Below, piece by piece: positions 15,904 to 25,155 of a DNA stretch of 36,611 nt. The DNA is from a virus (lineage: Duplodnaviria > Caudoviricetes), in the IMG/VR virus record IMGVR_UViG_3300017766_003347, positions 1-36,611 of that record; one strand, written 5' to 3'. Each line of letters starts with the position of its first letter. The first letter of the stretch is position 1. The translations under genes and the position numbers were made by a program. The notes under the pieces were generated by a model. That model did no database searches and was not told where the DNA came from. It saw only the letters and a program-made list of their open reading frames with translations.

Positions 15904-18900
15904 ATGGAAGATTTCGGAACGCCGCGCCTCTCGATCGGCGCGCCCTCGGCGGAAGACAATGCGGCCACCTCTTACATGGAGGTGGCCGAAAATCGTTTCA
16001 CGGGCGCGCTCGACGCAGAGTTCCGCGCGCTACTCGATGACGGCGGCGAGGCTGCGGCGAAAGGCCCGGCCGCTCCTCCCTCGGGCTCGACGGGCGATCC
16101 GGAGTTCGACAAGCTTTTGAGCGGTGAGGCTGACCAGACCCAGGCCCCGGCCCCGGCCGCGAGCGGTGAGGCTGCGCCGGCTGCGGCCGCTCCTGAAGCA
16201 AAGGCGCCGCCGGCGGATGAGGGCTTGGCGGCGTCGATCCTGTCGATGGCGGGCGCGGTCGGGGGCGATGTCCTGGGCGGGCTGAAAGAGGCGCCGCGCC
16301 AGATGGTCGGCGGGGTCATGGACGCGCTTGATGAAACGGCGCAATTCATGCAGGACGCGATCCCGTTGCCGGGCGTCCAGCTTTACGGCGCGGACGGCAA
16401 TTTCGACCCGGCCTTTATCTCGGCCGAAACGCTGGCTCAACAGCGCAAGGCAGAACAAGACCTTTTCTCCATGATGACGCCAGACAAGGCGGATACCGTC
16501 ACGGGCGGCTTTGCCCGGTCGGCGTCGCAATTTCTGACGGCCTTCATCCCGGCAACAGGAGCGGTCAAGGCGCTGCGCGTGGGAAAGTTCGCAACCGGGC
16601 TCGCGGCCGGCGCGATTGCCGACGCTGTTGCCTTCGATCCTGACGGCGAACGCCTGTCCACTTTTCTCAATCAGGTTCCGGCACTGCAAGGCATCGTCCC
16701 CGACTATCTCGCCGACAACAACCCGGAGAATAACAGCCGGTGGGAAAACCGGATGAAGAATGCGATTGAGGGGCTTGGCATTGGCGCGGCCACAGACGGC
16801 CTCCTGGCGGCGTTTAAGTATTACAAGGCCGCAGGAAAGGCCAAGGCCGCGGAGCGCGCTGCGGACCCCGTGGGCGCCCAGGTTGAGGCCGCCAAAGATG
16901 CTATGAAGGCCGCGGCCCGTGACGAGATCGTAAACGACATTCCGGATGAGGCATTGCGGGGGATGGGCGACCCGACGCCTGACGCTCCGCTGTTTGTCGA
17001 GGCGACCGAAAACGAGACGTCGCGCGACGCATTCAGCCGGATCGCGGCCGGGCGCGTGCGGGCCGAACAGGCCGATGTCAACAATGCGGCGCTGAACAAG
17101 ATCAATGAGGTCCGCTCTCGGTTCGCTGCAAAGGCCGGGGTGGACGGCCGCGACCCGATGGATGAGATGATCGACAATCTCCGCTCGGGCTCTGGCATCA
17201 TGGCGAAGATCCCGCGCCGTCCGATCAGCGAGATCGTGAAGGGCCTCGGCGGCGTAGATCCGACATCCAGCCTCGCCGGCGATTTGCGGTCGCGCGGCAT
17301 CACCTCCAAGGCATTCCCCGGCCTGTTCAAGCGGGGCGGTGCGCAGGCGCTCGACAACATCTCGGCGCGGGAACATGAGATCTTCAACGCGCGCAACCTT
17401 GCGTCCGATGACGGCTATATCCCGCAACAGTCATTCATCGACGGCCTTGAAGCGGAGTTGAAGGGCGATCCGTGGAAGACGCCGGAAAACCAGCGCGCCT
17501 ATGATGAGCTTGTGGCGCCGCTCGATGATCTCGATGAGCATCTGAACCGGCTCGGCATCGACTACAAGAACATGTCGAACGAAAGCATCAAGGCCCGGAT
17601 CGCACAGATCGCGGACGAAGAGGCTATGTTTGCGCGCGACACGGGGCAGGATGCGCTTTTCAGCGGGCCGCGCAATGAAGCGGACATGCAGGCAGAGGCG
17701 GCGCTTGAATACGAAGCAAAGGGGTTTGCCGGCAAGCCTCTGCCACAGAAGGGGCTCGCGCCGGCAAACATCACTCAGGATGGGACGGTACACGTCGGCG
17801 AGGTTGGCGGCGTTCACTTCATGATTGACCGGCCTGACGGTGTGCAGTGGGAAGACACAGGGTTCGTAAATCCTGACGGTCAGTTCCTCACGCGCAAAGA
17901 AGCGACGGCATGGGTGGACAAGAACGAGGGAAAAATAAAGCCGTCCGAGAATATGAACGGCGGGCTCGATGCGCTCGACTATCGCGAACAAATCCCCTCG
18001 CGGCTTCAGAAGGGGGCAACGCCTGCGAAGCCTAAAGGCAAGGTCTATCTGAACCTTGCGCGCATCCAGGGCGCCGACGACGTGAAAGCGGCCATGCAAG
18101 AAATGGTCGATATGGATGCCGGCCACATCAAGGATAAGACGCGCGGCGTCGTGTCGAACGATCAGACGATCAAGGAAAGCGCGCAAGAGTATCAGGATCT
18201 CAACGATCTGATCGGGCGCCCTCCCGGCCCGATGAACGCGGCCCAGGCGGTCGCGGCCCGTCGCCTCCTCACGTCCTCGGGGGAACAGATCGTCCAGCTC
18301 GCGAAGAAGGCCCAGGCGCCAGACGCAACGCCGGCCGATCTCTACGCTTTCCGGCGGAGCATGGCGGTGCATTATGCGATCCAGTCGGAAGTCGTGGCGG
18401 CGCGGACGGAAACGGCGCGGGCGCTTCAGTCGTGGGCGATCCCGGCCGGCGCGACGAAAGCGCGCTCGCAAGCGATAGCCGAACTGATCAGCCAATCGGG
18501 CGGTGCATCGGATCTTCAGGCGATGGCGAAGGCGGTCGCGACCGTTGGCGACAACCCTACGGCGCTCAACACGATGGCGCGCGAGCTTGGGAAGGGGAAG
18601 TTTGGGAAGGCGCTTTATCAGGTCTGGATCAACGGCCTCCTATCCTCGCCGAAAACGCACATGGTCAACATCATGTCCAACTCCATGACGGCGCTATGGG
18701 CGATCCCTGAACGGTACGTGGCGGCCGGGTTCTCCAAGGCGTTTTATGATGGAGAAATCGAGACAGGCGAAGCGGCGGCTGCGGCCTTCGGCTTTGTGAA
18801 GGGGATCCGCGACGGCGCCCGGCTGGTCGCGCTAGGCAACCGCGCGGAGGGCGCGCAAGGCTTGGGCGACGTGTTCAATGCCTTTGTGGACAGTGAGGCG

Positions 18901-20415
18901 AAGCACCCGAACGCCATTTCTGCGGAAGCCTTCGGGCTGGATGCGGCGGGTATGTTTGGAAGGGGTGTCGATTTCATATCGAAATACGTCATCAATCCTC
19001 CCGGCGCCGCGTTGGCAGCGGAGGACAAACTTTTTAAAACGATTGGCTACAGAATGGAGCTTCAGGCCCAAGCTTACCGCATGGCCGCATCTGAAGGGCT
19101 GGAAGGGAAAGCCTTCGCGGAGCGTGTCGCGGATGTACTGTTAAATCCGCCAGAAAGCATAAAAGCAGACGCGATGTCTTCGGCGAATTATCAGACCTTT
19201 ACGAACAAGCTCGGGCCGGCCGGTACTATGGCGACGGCCCTTCTCAACAAGGTTCCCGGCGCGCGGTGGGTGGTCCCGTTCGTCAAAACGCCGGTCAACA
19301 TCATGAAATACACCTTCGCTCGCACGCCGCTTGCCTATGCCATGGCGTCGGTCAAAGCGGATGTCGCGGCCGGCGGCGCCCGTGCGGCCCAGGCTCACGC
19401 GCGCGTTGCCCTCGGCACAATGACCATGCTCACAATCATGGATATGGCAGCGGAGGGGACGATTACGGGACGCGGCCCGATCGGCTCCGAAGACAATCCG
19501 AACCTTCGGCGGAACTGGCTCGCGAACAATCAACCATATTCCGTCAAGGTCAATGGCCGGTGGTATGCCTATAACCGCGCCGATCCGATCGCTATGATCA
19601 TCGGGCTCGGGGCCGACATGGCGGAAATCGCGAAGGACGCGGAAGCCGGGGACATGGACACTGTGGCAATGGCTGGCGTGATCGCGCTCGCGCAAAACCT
19701 GTCATCGAAAACCTACATGAGCGGGATTTATGATTTCATCGGCGCAATTGATCCGAACAATCCTTCGGGCAACATCGGAAAATATGTCGCCGATTTCGCG
19801 GGCGGTTTCGTTCCGTATTCATCCGCGCTGCGGAACACGCGCAGCGCGCTCGACCCCATCGCCCGAGACACGAAGAACGTCGTGTTCGGCGACGACGGGA
19901 AGCCCGACGAAATCGCGACCTATCTCGACAATATGGTTGCGAAGATCCGCAACGGAATTCCGGGGATGTCCGATCAGCTCCCGGCAATGCGCGACCTGTT
20001 CGGCGATCCAATCGATCGTTCGTCGGGGCTCGGCTTCGGCTATGATTTCCTGTCGCCGATCGCGTCCAAGGTGGATGATCCCGATCCGATTTCTCAGGTC
20101 ATCATCGATAACAAGATCCCGATCACGCTCCCGCCTCGCCAGATCAAAGGCGTGAAGCTCTCGGCCGCGGAATATTCCGAGTTTCAGCAATTGGCCGGCG
20201 CTCCGCTGAAGGAATATCTTGGCGAGCTGATCAAATCCCAGGGCTTCAAATCCTTGTCCGATGGTCCGGACGGAATGAAGGCCGAAGTCATCCGCGACAT
20301 CATCGGCAATTTTCGCGAGAGTGCGGCCGCTCAGATGATGGCGAAAAATCCGCAATTGCGCGAACGCTCTTTCCTGGCACAACAGGACAAGGCGAAACAG
20401 CTCACAGGCCAATAA
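15904..20415 (+). CDS. Large internal virion (DNA ejection) protein
   Basis: 1503 aa, mostly helical. INGLLSSPKTH..N, VPFVKTP.NI and QPYSVK motifs; position before tail fibre. Confidence 0.85.
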   Translation: MEDFGTPRLSIGAPSAEDNAATSYMEVAENRFTGALDAEFRALLDDGGEAAAKGPAAPPSGSTGDPEFDKLLSGEADQTQAPAPAASGEAAPAAAAPEAKAPPADEGLAASILSMAGAVGGDVLGGLKEAPRQMVGGVMDALDETAQFMQDAIPLPGVQLYGADGNFDPAFISAETLAQQRKAEQDLFSMMTPDKADTVTGGFARSASQFLTAFIPATGAVKALRVGKFATGLAAGAIADAVAFDPDGERLSTFLNQVPALQGIVPDYLADNNPENNSRWENRMKNAIEGLGIGAATDGLLAAFKYYKAAGKAKAAERAADPVGAQVEAAKDAMKAAARDEIVNDIPDEALRGMGDPTPDAPLFVEATENETSRDAFSRIAAGRVRAEQADVNNAALNKINEVRSRFAAKAGVDGRDPMDEMIDNLRSGSGIMAKIPRRPISEIVKGLGGVDPTSSLAGDLRSRGITSKAFPGLFKRGGAQALDNISAREHEIFNARNLASDDGYIPQQSFIDGLEAELKGDPWKTPENQRAYDELVAPLDDLDEHLNRLGIDYKNMSNESIKARIAQIADEEAMFARDTGQDALFSGPRNEADMQAEAALEYEAKGFAGKPLPQKGLAPANITQDGTVHVGEVGGVHFMIDRPDGVQWEDTGFVNPDGQFLTRKEATAWVDKNEGKIKPSENMNGGLDALDYREQIPSRLQKGATPAKPKGKVYLNLARIQGADDVKAAMQEMVDMDAGHIKDKTRGVVSNDQTIKESAQEYQDLNDLIGRPPGPMNAAQAVAARRLLTSSGEQIVQLAKKAQAPDATPADLYAFRRSMAVHYAIQSEVVAARTETARALQSWAIPAGATKARSQAIAELISQSGGASDLQAMAKAVATVGDNPTALNTMARELGKGKFGKALYQVWINGLLSSPKTHMVNIMSNSMTALWAIPERYVAAGFSKAFYDGEIETGEAAAAAFGFVKGIRDGARLVALGNRAEGAQGLGDVFNAFVDSEAKHPNAISAEAFGLDAAGMFGRGVDFISKYVINPPGAALAAEDKLFKTIGYRMELQAQAYRMAASEGLEGKAFAERVADVLLNPPESIKADAMSSANYQTFTNKLGPAGTMATALLNKVPGARWVVPFVKTPVNIMKYTFARTPLAYAMASVKADVAAGGARAAQAHARVALGTMTMLTIMDMAAEGTITGRGPIGSEDNPNLRRNWLANNQPYSVKVNGRWYAYNRADPIAMIIGLGADMAEIAKDAEAGDMDTVAMAGVIALAQNLSSKTYMSGIYDFIGAIDPNNPSGNIGKYVADFAGGFVPYSSALRNTRSALDPIARDTKNVVFGDDGKPDEIATYLDNMVAKIRNGIPGMSDQLPAMRDLFGDPIDRSSGLGFGYDFLSPIASKVDDPDPISQVIIDNKIPITLPPRQIKGVKLSAAEYSEFQQLAGAPLKEYLGELIKSQGFKSLSDGPDGMKAEVIRDIIGNFRESAAAQMMAKNPQLRERSFLAQQDKAKQLTGQ

Positions 20416-20424
20416 GGAACCGAC

Positions 20425-22737
20425 ATGGCAGACATTCCCGTAAATGCAGGCGACGCGATCATAACGGTTGACGTGGTGACGAATGGGCAGAACGTTTTCG
20501 CGTTCGACTTCCTGACCTACAGCGTCGAGGACATCCGGGCGATCTACGTCACGCCCGGTGGAATGCGTGTGGAAATTCCACAGACGACGGGCTTCGGTGT
20601 TTCCGGACTTGAGAACGCGGCCGGCGGAACAATCCAGCTTCTAGGCGGCGCTCCGGTGACGGAATTTGGCGGGAAGGTCATCATTTATCGGGATATCGAG
20701 ATCAAGCGTCTTGCCGATTATCAGACGCTTGGCGACTTCAGGGCATCGACGGTCAATCGTGAGATGGACACGGTTTTTATGATCATGCAGGAGTTTCAGC
20801 GCGACCTTAATCGCGCCTTGCTGGTCGATCTCGGGCAGACGCCTCCGGACATTCCGTCGATCCTCGCTGCATCTGTAGCGGCTGTTGCGGCGGCGGCCGC
20901 CGCTCAAGCTGCCGCCGCAAGCGTGAACATTCGGCAGATCGCCACACGCGCAGGGGTAAAGGCTCTCGACACGTCCGCGACGGCGCTTGTCTTTCTCAGC
21001 GAACAAGGGCGGGAAGGTCTGTTTAAGTGGCAAGCCGGTGACTTCTCTTCGCGGATTTCTGCTGATACCGCGGAGGCGCTTTTCCTGAAGGCGAACTTGG
21101 TCGATGCGACGGCCGGCGCTTGGGTTCGACAGTTTGAAGGCGTGCAGGATATCCGGTGGTTTGGCGGCGTCTCGGGTGGATCTGTAGACAACGCTGCGGC
21201 CTTTCTCGCTGCGGCATCAGTCGGCGGTCAGGTCTACGTGCCTGAGGGTACATTCCTCGTGACCCTCACCACAGCGAACTTCGACGCCTTGGCGCGGGGT
21301 TTGTTTATCCGGTGTATCGGCCCAGGCGTGATCGATGCCGTTGTCCCCGTTGGCTTCATCACTGCGGCCGCGCAATTCGGCACGTACAATCAAGAAACCT
21401 GCCGCATCAACATCCGCGGAACTAACGTGAGCGGGAACCTTGCTGCGGCAAACATCTCGATCACGGGCTCTATCGGGAATTACGCCGCCGCGATTACCTT
21501 CCCGGCCCTTCCTGCGGGGATGGCTGTCGGTCAGTTGCTTTCCCTGGCGACGACTGATCGCACGGTGCCTGCCGTGCTGTTGTGCGGGGCGATGAAGATC
21601 ACGGCGATTGCTGGCAATGTCGTGACGGTTGCGCTGACCTATGCTAACGGAGCATGGCAGGCGCCGCCGGCCTCTCTCTCGTTTACTGGCTCTTATGTGA
21701 ACGGCCAGTCCGTCATCAATTACACGCAATTCCGAACGCTTTTCGCGGTGGTCGCGGATGGCGTGAAGTTGTCGCTCTCTCGGCTGGCGATGATCGGGCC
21801 TTACGTCGTGAGCCCGCTCGCCGGCGTCAACACGGTCGCATTTTCTCTAGGGATAAAAGACCAGACGGAAGAACTTTGCAGCTCGACGCAAAAGCTCTCC
21901 GATTGCCTGATCAGCGGGTTCAACTATGGAATTCTGCAACATGGCGGGAGCCTGAACATTCAGCGCCCGCATATCGGCGGCTGCTCCCAAGGCGCGCGGT
22001 TCGTTCGTGGCGCGCAAGCGTTCATGACAAACGTTCGCATTGGCGGGAATGCCGATAGCGGCGTTCACATTGACGCGCTGTCAAAGGTTGTTCATGAAGG
22101 CGAAGGCATGTCGTGCGGGAACGGCGGGCGTGGCGTCTGGTCATTTACTGGAGGCTGGTTTTCCTCGGGCGCGTTCGAAACCTCTTACAACGGATCGGCC
22201 GGCATTTACGGGAAGAATGGCGCTGTCATCTTCGAAGCTCCCAATTCTCGCGCACGCTTCAATAATGACATTGGGTTCGGGAATGAAAATAGCTTCCTGA
22301 ATGTGATCTCGACCTTCTCTCTCGACAACAGAAAGACCGGGTACGAAATCGGCGCGGGCGGCTTTACGGACCTAACAAATTCCGTGTCTCTCAGGAACGA
22401 ACAGGCGGTTTATGCACTGCTCAGTGCCGGCGCCGAGTGCGCGAATGTCGATGCCGGTTACAGTGTGGGCGGTCCTGGCATCAGTGGTAACGGCATGGCG
22501 GCGGGCGAGGGCTCGACCATTCGAGCGAAAAACAGCCGGTCCCATCACAACACAGGCGACGGCTATACGGCTGTCGGGAATTCTCATATTCGCAACGACG
22601 GGGCCACGGCCGATAGCAACACGGGATATGGTGAGCGCGCGCTGATCAACTCCTCCATAAGAAATCCCGGCGGCGTGTTCACTCCGGCCAATACCGCCGG
22701 CGCAACCAATAGCGACGCAACAAGCGTCGTCGTCTAA
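20425..22737 (+). CDS. Tail fibre/tailspike with T7 gp17-like N-terminal anchor and C-terminal beta-helix
   Basis: AAGGA RBS. F.FDF...DI and NREMD...MI.QE anchor, GAWVRQ neck, IRWFG...DN..AF..A...VYVPEGTF pectate-lyase-like start, N..xG repeats. Confidence 0.88.
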   Translation: MADIPVNAGDAIITVDVVTNGQNVFAFDFLTYSVEDIRAIYVTPGGMRVEIPQTTGFGVSGLENAAGGTIQLLGGAPVTEFGGKVIIYRDIEIKRLADYQTLGDFRASTVNREMDTVFMIMQEFQRDLNRALLVDLGQTPPDIPSILAASVAAVAAAAAAQAAAASVNIRQIATRAGVKALDTSATALVFLSEQGREGLFKWQAGDFSSRISADTAEALFLKANLVDATAGAWVRQFEGVQDIRWFGGVSGGSVDNAAAFLAAASVGGQVYVPEGTFLVTLTTANFDALARGLFIRCIGPGVIDAVVPVGFITAAAQFGTYNQETCRINIRGTNVSGNLAAANISITGSIGNYAAAITFPALPAGMAVGQLLSLATTDRTVPAVLLCGAMKITAIAGNVVTVALTYANGAWQAPPASLSFTGSYVNGQSVINYTQFRTLFAVVADGVKLSLSRLAMIGPYVVSPLAGVNTVAFSLGIKDQTEELCSSTQKLSDCLISGFNYGILQHGGSLNIQRPHIGGCSQGARFVRGAQAFMTNVRIGGNADSGVHIDALSKVVHEGEGMSCGNGGRGVWSFTGGWFSSGAFETSYNGSAGIYGKNGAVIFEAPNSRARFNNDIGFGNENSFLNVISTFSLDNRKTGYEIGAGGFTDLTNSVSLRNEQAVYALLSAGAECANVDAGYSVGGPGISGNGMAAGEGSTIRAKNSRSHHNTGDGYTAVGNSHIRNDGATADSNTGYGERALINSSIRNPGGVFTPANTAGATNSDATSVVV

Positions 22738-22750
22738 GAGAGGGTTAGAA

Positions 22751-23584
22751 ATGCGAGAAACACTTCCGAAGGCGCTTGCCCTCATGTTCGGCCACGAGGG
22801 CGGTTATGTAAATGCCAAGACGGACGCCGGCGGCCCGACGAAATACGGCATCACGCACAAGACGCTTGCGGCGCACCGTGGCGTTCCGTCCGTGACGGCC
22901 GATATGGTCAAGGCCCTGACGATCGAAGAGGCGACGGAGATCTATAACCGTTCCTACTGGAAACAGGCGGGGTGCGATCTTCTTCCGGCCGGCCTCGATT
23001 ACATGGCCTTCGATTTCGGCGTGAACTCCGGGCCGCCCCGCGCCGTCCGCACGCTGCAAATCACGCTGCGGGATGCCGGCGTTTACAAGGGCGCCATTGA
23101 CGGCCACTGCGGGGAGCAGACCGTTGCGGCGGTTCGCGCATATCCTGGCGGCCTTGCGTCTCTCATGCGCGCCTATGCTGACGCTCGCATGTCCTTCCTG
23201 CGGTCACTCTCGGGCAAGCAAGGCTTCAGCGTCAACGGCCGCGGTTGGACAATCCGCGTCACGGGCAAAGACCCTCTCGGAAAATGGAAGGATCAGCCGG
23301 GCGTGCTTGGCAACGCGCTCCGGATGGCGAATGCGGTTATGACGGTCGCGACCGTTGCGCCCGCTGGCGTGAACGTGGAAGCCAAAGCGCCGGCAAGCTC
23401 GATCGGCCTCACGGAGATCCTGAAGAAGCCGGAAGCATGGGGGCCTGTCGGCGGCGCGCTGGCGGCGGGCGGCTCCGTCCTCTCCGGTTCCGTCATACTG
23501 CAATACGCATTTGCGGCCGTCATGCTCGTTGGCGTCGGCGTCGGCGTCTGGTATTTCGTGCGCCGGGTGAGGGAACGCGGATGA
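22751..23584 (+). CDS. Endolysin, glycoside hydrolase family 108, with C-terminal transmembrane segment
   Basis: HEGGYVN..D.GGPTKYGIT and FDFGVNSGP. C-terminus ILQYAFAAVMLVGVGVGVWYFVRR. Confidence 0.9.
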   Translation: MRETLPKALALMFGHEGGYVNAKTDAGGPTKYGITHKTLAAHRGVPSVTADMVKALTIEEATEIYNRSYWKQAGCDLLPAGLDYMAFDFGVNSGPPRAVRTLQITLRDAGVYKGAIDGHCGEQTVAAVRAYPGGLASLMRAYADARMSFLRSLSGKQGFSVNGRGWTIRVTGKDPLGKWKDQPGVLGNALRMANAVMTVATVAPAGVNVEAKAPASSIGLTEILKKPEAWGPVGGALAAGGSVLSGSVILQYAFAAVMLVGVGVGVWYFVRRVRERG

Positions 23585-23814
23585 TACGGATCTATCTCAT
23601 CGTCGCAGCAATCAGCGGGGCCGCCATCATCGGCGGCCTCATCATGTTCGCCAATGATCAACGCTCGATCGGCGGCGCGACCGTCCGCGAGCAACAGGAG
23701 AAGGCCAATGCGCAATTCCGTGTCCGCTCTGCTAAGGGCCGCGTCAATTACGATCTGTGCGACACTGCCGGCGGCGTGTTCGACTTCGCGAAAGGCACCT
23801 GTCAACTTCCTTGA
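23581..23814 (+). CDS. Putative inner-membrane spanin (Rz-like)
   Basis: ATGA overlap with endolysin. N-terminal TM helix (IYLIVAAISGAAIIGGLIMF), short coiled region, two Cys. Confidence 0.65.
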   Translation: MIRIYLIVAAISGAAIIGGLIMFANDQRSIGGATVREQQEKANAQFRVRSAKGRVNYDLCDTAGGVFDFAKGTCQLP

Positions 23815-23986
23815 ACTGGCCGATGTGGTCGCGCCTCTGCCTGGGGCGAAGGGAAAGACCGTCGAAGATCAGAGAAAAATTGATCGCACCATTGCTGCAA
23901 GCTGCGGCGCCGGTGTGCTAGGAACGGAACAATGCGCCGCCCACACCCTTGCAAGCTCTGAGCGAAAGAAGGAATTGCGGCAATGA
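23708..23986 (+). CDS. Putative outer-membrane lipoprotein spanin (Rz1-like)
   Basis: Signal peptide with lipobox-like LPAAC-S. Overlaps the 3' half of the Rz-like gene in another frame. Confidence 0.65.
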   Translation: MRNSVSALLRAASITICATLPAACSTSRKAPVNFLELADVVAPLPGAKGKTVEDQRKIDRTIAASCGAGVLGTEQCAAHTLASSERKKELRQ

Positions 23987-24423
23987 CACAGGCAGGCGTA
24001 GCAGGGCGGCAAGTGGAAGAAACATTTCGGCGGTTCGGATCGCTCATCAATTTCGCAATGATAGTGATTGGCTTCGCCGTTGCCGCAATGACTGTCGGTT
24101 CCTGGCGCACGACGCAAGAAACGAACGACGCGAAGACGGCAGAATGGCAGTTGAACCACGAACAGCTCCACCGCGAACGCTTGGCCGATGTGAAGGAAGT
24201 GCAGGGCGCCGTCAACTCTCGGCTCTCTGGCCTCGACAAGGGGCAACAGGACGCGGGCCGTGCGATCGACAATCTTGAACAGCGATTGGCGACGGTAGAG
24301 AAAGCCGTCAACACCGTCGAACAGAATGCGGCTCTCACAAACCGCACCCTGAACGAAATGAACGGCAATCTTCAAGTCGTGAAAGAGATCCTGAACCGGA
24401 TCGAGAAGAAGCAAGGCGGCTAA
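23983..24423 (+). CDS. Membrane-anchored coiled-coil protein (possible lysis accessory or holin-like)
   Basis: One N-terminal TM helix followed by a long heptad repeat; ATGA overlap. Confidence 0.7.
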   Translation: MTQAGVAGRQVEETFRRFGSLINFAMIVIGFAVAAMTVGSWRTTQETNDAKTAEWQLNHEQLHRERLADVKEVQGAVNSRLSGLDKGQQDAGRAIDNLEQRLATVEKAVNTVEQNAALTNRTLNEMNGNLQVVKEILNRIEKKQGG

Positions 24424-24563
24424 AGCGCGCCGCCGTATTTCTGGTAAAAGTAAAGTCCAAGCGCGCCGATCACGACGCCGTGCGCAAGGATCGCATAAAG
24501 CCCCACGGCATAGTCAGAGTTAAACTTGAGAAGCATCTGTTTCGTCTCTTTGCTCATTCGCAT
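24420..24563 (-). CDS. Small membrane protein (47 aa), absent from ORF track
   Basis: AAAGGAG RBS. MRMSKETKQMLLKFNSDYAVGLYAILAHGVVIGALGLYFYQKYGGAL. Confidence 0.65.
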   Translation of the reverse strand: MRMSKETKQMLLKFNSDYAVGLYAILAHGVVIGALGLYFYQKYGGAL

Positions 24564-24617
24564 GTCGCGTCTCCTTTGCTGACATCGCGAGCATAGCCCG
24601 GCCGGGTAAATGCCGGG

Positions 24618-25007
24618 TTAATCCTGGGGCCGCGTGAGAACTTTTATTCCCCGCCAGCTCCCGCCGAACTCCACATATCCTTTCCGCCGAAGCGCCTGAC
24701 AGATCCCATGCGCCCGGCCTTTCCCCTGCCCGATCATGCGGCCTAGTTCATCGAACGTCGGGGAATGCCCGTGTCGGCATTGGTAATCCCACAACAGCCG
24801 GTGGACCGCCATCTGGTTGACGGTGAGGCCGCGGCGCGCGCGCGGCATGTTCGCAATCATGGTGTCGTAGATCCTGGCGACAAGCGCGCGGTCACGCTCC
24901 GGAGTACCAGTCTTCGAAGTCGTGACCAGCATATAAGCCGCCTCGATCTGGTCGCTTTGGGCCGTCCTTGGCGCGAACGTCCATTTCGTGTTCTGCTCGA
25001 CTGGCAA
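24618..25007 (-). CDS. LexA-type N-terminal winged-HTH DNA-binding protein without peptidase domain; start uncertain
   Basis: LT..Q..V...L..Y...HG.SPT..EL........AH....L.RKGY......RGI pattern. Confidence 0.75.
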   Translation of the reverse strand: MPVEQNTKWTFAPRTAQSDQIEAAYMLVTTSKTGTPERDRALVARIYDTMIANMPRARRGLTVNQMAVHRLLWDYQCRHGHSPTFDELGRMIGQGKGRAHGICQALRRKGYVEFGGSWRGIKVLTRPQD

Positions 25008-25155
25008 TGTGTATCCCCTGTTTTGTGATGTAGGCGCCGTGCCGCTCGACGGTGACGAGGCCCCGGCGAAGGGCCTCCATCATTATGTCTCGTGCGCTGT
25101 CAGCTTCGAACAGGATCACGCGACCCTGTTCCCTGACGAGAAGCCACGGCTTCAT
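24892..25155 (-). CDS. Hypothetical protein
   Basis: ATGA coupling to the methyltransferase stop; 87 aa. Confidence 0.55.
   Translation of the reverse strand: MKPWLLVREQGRVILFEADSARDIMMEALRRGLVTVERHGAYITKQGIHIASRAEHEMDVRAKDGPKRPDRGGLYAGHDFEDWYSGA

Noticed and set aside
20425-22737. Diversity-generating retroelement as in BPP-1-like podoviruses
   Set aside because: No reverse transcriptase and no TR/VR repeat pair differing at adenines. The 3873/32347 repeat does not show A-specific mismatches.
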